Below, one piece after another: positions 18,404-26,800 of a stretch of DNA of 46,101 nucleotides (positions are counted from its first letter, which is position 1; every line of letters starts with the position of its first letter). This stretch comes from a virus. Lineage: Duplodnaviria > Caudoviricetes. The notes beneath the pieces are model-generated. The model saw only the letters and a list, made by a program, of their open reading frames with translations. It did no database searches and was not told where the DNA came from. Both the position numbers and the translations under genes were made by a program. The stretch lies in IMG/VR virus record IMGVR_UViG_3300017754_001947, positions 1-46,101 of that record. The stretch is one strand, 5' to 3'.

Positions 18404-20827
18404 ATGAGAAGAAGAGTAAAAGTAACTCTACCAAAAGGTAAAAAAGGTCTAGAAGCAAGAACTTCAGGCTTGGAGGTAAGAATGTCTCCAGGTCTTGGCT
18501 TTAATGCTAATCAACTTAGTTGGCCTGTTATGGCAGGTGAGTTTTCTCAACCTGAAGTAGAAACCAATAGTAGTATTAAAGCAGTACCTAGAGATCAGGC
18601 TAATTTAGAAGCTGAAGTAGGGGAAACTGCAGTAACAAACTTTAGTGGTGATGGAATTCCAGAGCACTATAAGATTGGTGGAAAAAGACATAGTGAAGGT
18701 GGAACCCCTCTCTACTTACCGGATAATTCATTCATCTTCTCTAGAGATAGATCAATGAAGATTAAGGATCCTGATATCATTAATCAGTTTGGAATGAGTC
18801 CTAAAAAAGGTGGTTATACTCCAGCTGATATCGCTAAGAAATATGATATCAACAAGTTTAAAAAAATACTAGGTGATCCTAATACTGATGATCTGCAAAG
18901 AAAAACTGCAGAAGCAATGATTTCAGGCTATAACCTGAAATTAGGTAAACTAGCTCTTGCTCAAGAATCTATCAAAGGATTTCCACAAGGTATTCCAGCT
19001 ATTGCTATGCCATATTTGGAACACATGGGTATTCAACCAGATCAACTTGTTCAACAAGCTCCTTCTCAAATGTCACAACAAGAAGAAGACACAGAACAAA
19101 ATGAAGATCAGCAAGTTGAGTCACAAGAAGAAGTAGAAATGCCAGAGGGAAGATATGGTATGAATATCATATCTCAGATACCTAAAAAAGCATTTGGTGG
19201 AGGACTCAATAGATTTGTAAAGGGTGGCTCTAATAAAAGAAGAGTAAAAGTAACCATGCCTATGTTTCAAGGTGGTGGTCAAGCTATTAAGACAGATCCA
19301 GAACCTGCTAAATCAAAAGCTGTTGGAATTGTAAAATTTGATACTGAAGATGCATTGTATCAAACTCCTAATGTTGAATCTATTGTACAATCAGGTAATG
19401 CATATTTAAGAGGTGAAGATGGAAAATACTATAGAGTAGATTATCTTCCTCCAAGAGTAGATGTTGATCAAGAGAAATACAATCCTCTTAAAACAGATCA
19501 AGGTGACTTTAGAGATGATTATGCATATCTTGAAAATGAAGTACTAAATAGTCCTGATATTCAGGATGCTATTTGGAACAACTATCAAGAGCAAATAAAA
19601 AATGTTAAAACTGAGTCTACTAAAACAGCTCTTACTAAAAAAACAAAAGAAGATGTTATTAGTGACTTCCTTAACATGCAGTTTCAGAACTTTGCTATGC
19701 GTGCTCAAGGTGAAGATCTAAATGCAGCTAACTGGCAAAATAAATCTAATCCTGCTAAAGCTTATCAAACAAGTATTGAAAAAGCTGGTCTTAAAGCAAT
19801 GGATCCTGTTACAGTAGCTTCAGGACAAGCAGCTTATGCTGCATTTGTTCAAGCATCTAAAGATGAAAAGACTAAAGATCTATTCTCTATAATTGTACCA
19901 GAACAAACTGGAGTTGGTGATGAAAGTTATGTTGCTGATAAAAAAACAATATCACCACCAGATGGTGTAATGGGTAATACTACTGCTGGTCAATTAGCTA
20001 CAGTAAAGATTCGTTTAGGTGATGCTTTATCTGCAAAAGAAGAGACTACAGATTTTCAACCTAAGCATCTTGATAAACCTCAATATACAGGAGCACCATC
20101 TTTCTGGCTTCAGGATATTATAGGTACTGCAGGTGCAGCCAGGGATCTTATGGGTATAAAAAAACAAATGCCTTGGCAAGCTACACCTGAAACTTATTTA
20201 CCGGAGCCTACATTTTATTCTCCAGAAAGAGAACTTGCTGCAGCTCAAGAACAAGCAGGTACCCTTACTCAAGGACTTGCTGCATTTACTGGTCCAAAAA
20301 CATTGTCTTCTAGAGCTAGTGCTATTCAAGGTCAAACAGCTAAAGCAGCTGCTGATATCTTAGGTAGATACAATAACCTAAATGTAGGTGTAGCTAATCA
20401 GTTTGAACTTCAGAAGACTAGCATTCTTAATCAGGCCGCTGAAAGAAATGCTGCTCTAGCTACACAGCTTTATGATAAGACTGCAATTGCTAATGAGCAG
20501 TTTGATGCATCTAAAACAGCAGCTAGACAAAATGTTAGAAATCAATATTTACAAGCTATAAGTAACAGAGCTAATACCTATAACCTAAATACTCTGTATC
20601 CTCAATATGCTGTAGATCCTCTTTCAGGGGGAATGATTGATTTCACACATGGTGCTGATATCACACCTGATGCTTCTGAAAGTCCAGATATAATGAAACT
20701 GGCACAGAGCTATTTAGAAAAATATCCTTCTTTCACAACAGCACAAGCATATGATGCTGCAAAGCTTACACTTGGTTTAGGTAAGAGTAGCGCTAATGCT
20801 GGAGCTCCTGAAGGATACCCTGGTTAA
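18404..20827 (+). CDS. Putative internal virion (cargo/ejection) protein, 807 aa
   Basis: N-terminal module ANLEAEVGE...GKRHSEGG...FIFS, acidic linker, xGG motifs and Ala/Gln-rich helical C-terminus. RRVKVT[LM]P occurs twice. Confidence 0.6.
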   Translation: MRRRVKVTLPKGKKGLEARTSGLEVRMSPGLGFNANQLSWPVMAGEFSQPEVETNSSIKAVPRDQANLEAEVGETAVTNFSGDGIPEHYKIGGKRHSEGGTPLYLPDNSFIFSRDRSMKIKDPDIINQFGMSPKKGGYTPADIAKKYDINKFKKILGDPNTDDLQRKTAEAMISGYNLKLGKLALAQESIKGFPQGIPAIAMPYLEHMGIQPDQLVQQAPSQMSQQEEDTEQNEDQQVESQEEVEMPEGRYGMNIISQIPKKAFGGGLNRFVKGGSNKRRVKVTMPMFQGGGQAIKTDPEPAKSKAVGIVKFDTEDALYQTPNVESIVQSGNAYLRGEDGKYYRVDYLPPRVDVDQEKYNPLKTDQGDFRDDYAYLENEVLNSPDIQDAIWNNYQEQIKNVKTESTKTALTKKTKEDVISDFLNMQFQNFAMRAQGEDLNAANWQNKSNPAKAYQTSIEKAGLKAMDPVTVASGQAAYAAFVQASKDEKTKDLFSIIVPEQTGVGDESYVADKKTISPPDGVMGNTTAGQLATVKIRLGDALSAKEETTDFQPKHLDKPQYTGAPSFWLQDIIGTAGAARDLMGIKKQMPWQATPETYLPEPTFYSPERELAAAQEQAGTLTQGLAAFTGPKTLSSRASAIQGQTAKAAADILGRYNNLNVGVANQFELQKTSILNQAAERNAALATQLYDKTAIANEQFDASKTAARQNVRNQYLQAISNRANTYNLNTLYPQYAVDPLSGGMIDFTHGADITPDASESPDIMKLAQSYLEKYPSFTTAQAYDAAKLTLGLGKSSANAGAPEGYPG

Positions 20828-20833
20828 TAAACT

Positions 20834-20856
20834 TTATAGGTTTACTAAACTTATAA
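20834..20856. promoter_or_regulatory. Imperfect palindrome (operator or promoter-like) upstream of the ejection/RNAP genes
   Basis: TTATAGGTTTA-C-TAAACTTATAA: 11-bp arms, one mismatch, 1-nt spacer, in the 56-nt gap before 20884. Confidence 0.5.
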
Positions 20857-20883
20857 TATTTTTGAGTAAATTTATACACTGAT

Positions 20884-23841
20884 ATGGCTTCATACATCCA
20901 AGGTTTAACAGACTATATACCACAGGTTCAACCTTTTACACCTGATTATAACTTTCTGGGCAATGTTTTACAAACCAGACAAAGTAGGTATGATGCTGCT
21001 CACAAGCAGCTTAATAAAATGTATGGTACTCTGCTATACTCACCTATGCTCAGAGATGAGAATAATCAATCTAGAGATCAGTTCTTTAAAGCAATAGATC
21101 AAGACATTAAAAAAATGTCTGGTATGGATCTATCTTTACAACAGAATGTAGATGCTGCAGGTAGTGTGTTTAGTTCTCTCTATGACAATAAGAATATTGT
21201 TAAAGATATGACCTATACTAAACAGTATAAAAATCAGCTTGAGAGAGCTGAGAATTTTAAAACTTGTTTAGATCAAGAGAAATGCGGTGGAACTTATTGG
21301 AATGTAGGAGTTAACTATCTTCATTTAAAAGCTGAAGAGTTTAAGAATGCTTCTGCAGAGGAAGCTATGGGTATGCAAGCCCCGGAGTATACTCCTTTTA
21401 TTAATGTTACTGAAAAAGCCATGAACTATGTAAAAGATCTCATGGGTAAAGGATTTGGAGTAACTTCTGTAAACTGGTCACCAGATGGTAGATATATTGT
21501 AACTACTAAAAATGGCCAGAATCTAACAGTTCCTCTTTATCAGCTTTTTCAAAACCAGTATGGTGCAGATCAAAAAGTACAAGATATGTACAATACTATG
21601 GCATATGTTCAAAGAAAAACATATGTCAAAAATAATGCTGAGAAATTTGGTGGAGATGAAACAGCTGCTGAAGAAGAATACATTAATGCTATACTTAATA
21701 GAGTTAATGAATTTAAAACTGATGCTGTTGAATCACAGACAAATACATTAGCTGCTCAAGCTAAAAAGAATGCTATAGAAAAAAAGATTAAGCAAGAAGG
21801 AAGTACAGGAAATGATGGTATAGCAAAAGCTTATCAAATAGCAGATCTTGATTATACACAGCATGCTCAAACAGCTCAGTATAAAGATGAAACAGCTAAA
21901 GTAGCTTCAGGAATAACTAATGCTGGAGAAAACAGAAGACTTAGAGTTGCTAATGTTGATTCTCTTATTGCAAGAACATTAATGGGTAATGATTTTAAAG
22001 AAGCTGCCATTAATATCTCTAATCTTACCGGGGAGACTTCAGTAAAAGAAGATCCATATGCTAAGAGCTACTATGACCATTCATTAAGAATGACAGAAAA
22101 AGCTCAAGAGTTCCAATATAAACTTAAAGAACTAGAGTTTCAAACAAGATTGGATATTCTTAAAGATCAAGCAACTGGCGAAGTTCAACAAAGAGGTCCT
22201 GCAACATCTGCTCTTAATTCAGGTAAGTTTGTTCAAGCTCTTCCAGGAACTGCTACAACTGCAGATAAAACAGATGAGGCACATGAATCTTTTGCATATG
22301 TAGAAGAACAGAAATCTGTAACTACAGATGCTGCAAAAGAATATACTAGACAATACACAGACTACCTTTTAAATATCACTAATGATTCAAGTTATGACAA
22401 TGATCAAAAACTTGCAGCAAAAAGTGAGTTAAAGTCTATTTATGGAGCTAATTATGATGTGGCTAGTAATCAGTTTATGATTAATGGTTCAGCTACTGAA
22501 TATACAAAGATTGCAGATATGTCTCCATTAGCTACATATAATGCAGCTTTTGCCTCTAGAAAGAAAGAGACATCTAATGCATTATATGGACAATTCTTTA
22601 ATGAGACTTTAGATCCTATCTCTAAAAGATATGATGATTCTAAACTAGTAATGGATGTTACAAGTAAGGTTTATAAACAGAACAACCTTAATGTAAAATC
22701 ATGGGCTCTTACAAATGGTCTTGTTGATGATGATGAAAAAAATCAATTTGGACTTCTCTTTAAATATGATGGAGATTTAAGAACAAAAGATGAATATGTA
22801 AAGATATTTGCAAGTGGTGGGGGAGATGCTGAAGATGCTGGAGATGCTTGGGATGACATGTATAAAATATATAGTAGTGTCTACAATGGTGGATATTCAT
22901 ATGCAGATCCTAAAAATCCTAATAGTAAGGTTCCTATTGTAAAGGCTATCTATGATCCTAATGCTGCATTTGAAATGTTTGCAGAAGGTAAAACATCTGG
23001 AGGTGGAGTTCAATATGCATTTGATGCTGGAGCACCAGCAGCATTTGGTACAAGAGGACTACTTACATTTGGTAATGATGCTTTGAGTTCAGCAGGTACT
23101 TTGTTTAGTCCAGGAATTGTAGCAGAAGAATCTAATGCTATAAGTGCAGATGATCAAGGTAATTATAGAGATGCTCTTAATTCAGTAATAAGTGATATTA
23201 CAAGTGGTGCTTATACAAATAAAGATAAGGATAGACCACTAGGTAAAGTTACTTATATGGATATAGCATTAGGTGACCCTAAGTATAAAGCTGTCCATAT
23301 TGATTTTGCTCCAGGATACATGGATAAGTATAAAGGTACATCTGATGAACCGGGTTGGGGTAAAAATGAAAGCATTAAGCAAAATGGCTTAACTGTTTAT
23401 GTTCCTAAGACTGATACAAATAATGATTTTACACAGGCCTTTACTCAAAAGCCTTATGACATTATTTTAAATCATCAACCTGTAACTATATCTAGACCAA
23501 ATGGTGGTAATATAACTATTACTAAAAATCCAGATGGTAGATTTACTACTACTGGATCACTTTTTAGTTATGATGAAAATGGTAATAAAACATCCATAAC
23601 ACCATCAAGAACTCTATTTAGTTCTGAAGTAGGAGGAAACAATCTAGTAGTAGGATTTGATGCCTGGCTAGATCAAATCAACATTGCAAATACAAACTAT
23701 CTTAATGGATTACCTGCTGAAAGAATCTATGATCCAGCAGCGCTATCTTTTACAAATAGAAGTATTCTTGAACAAACAGGTAATGCTGGAGAAATGTCTC
23801 CTCTTCAGAGATTTGATCAACTAATGGCTCAACCTTATTAA
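20884..23841 (+). CDS. Putative ejection protein, 985 aa
   Basis: N-terminus YIPQVQPFTPDYNFL...RQSRYD followed by a long helical region, as recalled for crAss-like ejection proteins. One internal Cys pair only (CLDQEKC). Confidence 0.6.
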   Translation: MASYIQGLTDYIPQVQPFTPDYNFLGNVLQTRQSRYDAAHKQLNKMYGTLLYSPMLRDENNQSRDQFFKAIDQDIKKMSGMDLSLQQNVDAAGSVFSSLYDNKNIVKDMTYTKQYKNQLERAENFKTCLDQEKCGGTYWNVGVNYLHLKAEEFKNASAEEAMGMQAPEYTPFINVTEKAMNYVKDLMGKGFGVTSVNWSPDGRYIVTTKNGQNLTVPLYQLFQNQYGADQKVQDMYNTMAYVQRKTYVKNNAEKFGGDETAAEEEYINAILNRVNEFKTDAVESQTNTLAAQAKKNAIEKKIKQEGSTGNDGIAKAYQIADLDYTQHAQTAQYKDETAKVASGITNAGENRRLRVANVDSLIARTLMGNDFKEAAINISNLTGETSVKEDPYAKSYYDHSLRMTEKAQEFQYKLKELEFQTRLDILKDQATGEVQQRGPATSALNSGKFVQALPGTATTADKTDEAHESFAYVEEQKSVTTDAAKEYTRQYTDYLLNITNDSSYDNDQKLAAKSELKSIYGANYDVASNQFMINGSATEYTKIADMSPLATYNAAFASRKKETSNALYGQFFNETLDPISKRYDDSKLVMDVTSKVYKQNNLNVKSWALTNGLVDDDEKNQFGLLFKYDGDLRTKDEYVKIFASGGGDAEDAGDAWDDMYKIYSSVYNGGYSYADPKNPNSKVPIVKAIYDPNAAFEMFAEGKTSGGGVQYAFDAGAPAAFGTRGLLTFGNDALSSAGTLFSPGIVAEESNAISADDQGNYRDALNSVISDITSGAYTNKDKDRPLGKVTYMDIALGDPKYKAVHIDFAPGYMDKYKGTSDEPGWGKNESIKQNGLTVYVPKTDTNNDFTQAFTQKPYDIILNHQPVTISRPNGGNITITKNPDGRFTTTGSLFSYDENGNKTSITPSRTLFSSEVGGNNLVVGFDAWLDQINIANTNYLNGLPAERIYDPAALSFTNRSILEQTGNAGEMSPLQRFDQLMAQPY

Positions 23842-23842
23842 A

Positions 23843-26800
23843 ATGGCACTAGAAAGTTCACTTGATAAAAATATTAGTTTTCCTGATTTTGGTCCTTCTG
23901 GAAGTCCTACTCAAGCATTTGATAGAGAGTTTTCACAAGTAAATACTGGTATACAGTATAACAATCCAATACCTATTGTTAGTCCTGCTTTACCACCAAC
24001 TAGTCCTGACTCAGTTGATATTAACCAGAACTTGGTTGGTAATGAACAAACTGGCCCAGTTCCAGGAGCAAAACAAACTTCAGGGGGAACTACAGATTTT
24101 GTTAAAGCTGTAAATAGTTACATGGGTCAAGCAGACCAGTGGGCTAAAGATAAATACAAGTATGGTAGAACATACTCTTATGGCGCTGGCTATAAGAATA
24201 TGAACTTTGAAAGATACTATGAGCATCCCGAATTTAAAAAGCTAGGATTCTCTCCTTATAGAGATAATGAACAACTCTATAATGAGAATAGTTCTTGGAT
24301 GGATGACTTTAGAAGAATGGGTACACAGTGGGGTAAGCTTTTTACAACAGGTGTAGGATCCAGTTTATTTCTTGTAGATGATGATGAAGCAGAAGAAGCT
24401 ATGCAAAAAGGCATGGCTATTGGCTCTTCATCTAAAGAAGGAGCTGGAGCTTGGATTACAAACTTTGGTCTTAACTCAGCATATAGTTTAGGTATTATGA
24501 CTGAGATTGTTGTAGAAGATCTAGCTTTAGCTGGTCTTGAGATTGCAACACTAGGTGGATCTACTCCTTTAACTATTGCAGAATTAGGTAGACAAAGCCT
24601 GCTAATAGGTAAAGGTATAAAAGCAATAGAGACTACTAAGAATGTAATTAAAGGCTTTAAAGATATAAACAAAGTTAGAGAAGCTTTTAGTGCTGTTAAA
24701 CTAGGTGATGTTGCTTTAAAAACAGGAAAGTTTTTAAATCCTTTTACAAGAACTGCAGATTTTACATATAATTTAGCAAGAGGTACTGGAAGCTATAAAG
24801 AATTAAACAACTTAGCTAAAACAGCTAAAGGTTTTGGTGAATTCTATAAAGATGTTCGTGAGATAAGTTTAGCAACAGAAGAGGGTGGAATGGAAGCAGC
24901 TACTGCATCCAATACATATCATCAAAAGCTTATTGATGAGTACTATGCTAAATATGGTAAAATGCCTGAAGGACAAGATGCTCAAGATATTTATGAGAAA
25001 TCTAAGTCAGTAAGAGCATCCACTCAAATGTGGAACAATATTATAATCTTTTACAGTAATAGACTTGTTTTAGGTAAACTATTAGATGGTTTTCCTAGTG
25101 TGTCTTTATTAGCTAAAGGAATTGAAGAAACCTCTACTAAATATTTAACTAAAACAGCTGTTGGTGAAGTACTTGAAAAAGGAGCTTTAGAAGCAGGTGA
25201 AAAATCTTTAGGAAGAAAGACTGCAGAGTTCTTAGTTAAATCACCTTATGTTCCTTGGTCTAAAAGTTATATTGTAGGTAACTTATCTGAAGCACTTCAA
25301 GAAAATGCTCAGGAAGCTATTCAAAAAGGAGTTATTGCTTACCATGATAAAGTAGATAAAGATCCTAGTCAAGCAGGTTTTTGGCAAGGTGTCAATCATA
25401 TGGGAGATGCAATAGGTACTCAATTTTCAAGTGAAGGTATGAGTACTTTCTTCTCTGGTTTCTTAATGGGTAGTGTTGCGGGTGGTGCACAAGGTCTTGT
25501 AATGGGAAGCTATCAAAAAGCAAGATCTTTAAATAGCACATACAAAGCGGAGCTTGATGCAGCTAAACAAAATGCTGAAGAAAGAGAGACTAATATTATT
25601 AATGCTGTAAATGACATAGCAAAGAATGCTATGAACATTGGCCAGAAAAATGCTGATAATGCAGCCATCTCAAGGAACTATGCTGCAGAAATGGATAATG
25701 CTGTAAATGAGGGGAATGAGCATAAATTCAATGAAGCAAAAGATAATATGGCTGGTGAAAAGTTTTATACTCTTGCCTCAACAGGTAAAATGAAACTTAT
25801 CACAGAGCACTTTAATGATATGCTTAAAGCAACTGATGAAGAGTTAGCTCAAGCTTATGGTAAAAAAGTTGAAGATGCTCCTAAAGTAAGACAAAGACTT
25901 CAAACACTTATAGATAGAGCAAACAATTTTCAGAAGATATATGATAAAGCTACAAAAGAGTTTGCTAACCCTAATGATCCTGGTGTAGCTGATCCTAAAA
26001 GAAATCCTGAGCTTTATCAAAAAATCAATAGAAAGTATAATGCTTGGAATCAAGCAGTTAAATCTATTGTAATATCTAGTGAAGCAGCTGAGAGAGTAAG
26101 TGGTAGAATGACAAGTATTGCTAATGAATTATCATCAGTATCTCCATGGATAGAAACAAGAAGAGGAGCTACTGTAAGTAATACAGCCGGCACAGATGAA
26201 GCTATGTCTTTAATTGATAATTATCAAAGAAAAGACATGATCAGAACTTTACTTCTTGAAGCTGAAGCACTAGAACAAGGAACTGAAGAGCAAAAAGAAG
26301 AAGCTGCTGAAAAAAGACAAATTGCAGAAACTCTTAAAGAGTGGGGGATTGTTACTAATAACTTTAATATAGAGCTTCTTTCAGAAAAGAGAACTCTTAC
26401 TCCAGAACAAAAAGAAGCAAAAGCTAATCTTATGAAGATTAGAGAAGGCGCTGTTGTTAAAACAGAAGGTTCTGAAGAAGAATACAAAGTAGAAAGAGTT
26501 ATTGGTAATCAGATTGTAACAAAAAATAAAGAAGGAAAGACTACTTATATCTCAAGAGATAAAGCTCAAATAGTAAGAGAGTCTACTCTTGAAAAGAAAA
26601 GTACTGCCGAAAATACTCTTGATGAAGCTATTGAAATGATGTATGATACTTATACTAAGTATTTACAATTGGTAGCTAAACAAAAGGGTGGAACTATTAT
26701 AGACAAAGAAGGAGATGCTGCTTTTAAAAAAATAAGAGACTTCTTTATGCTTGAGAGAGATTCTCAAGATCTTACAAGAGCTATTAATCTTTTAAGTAAT

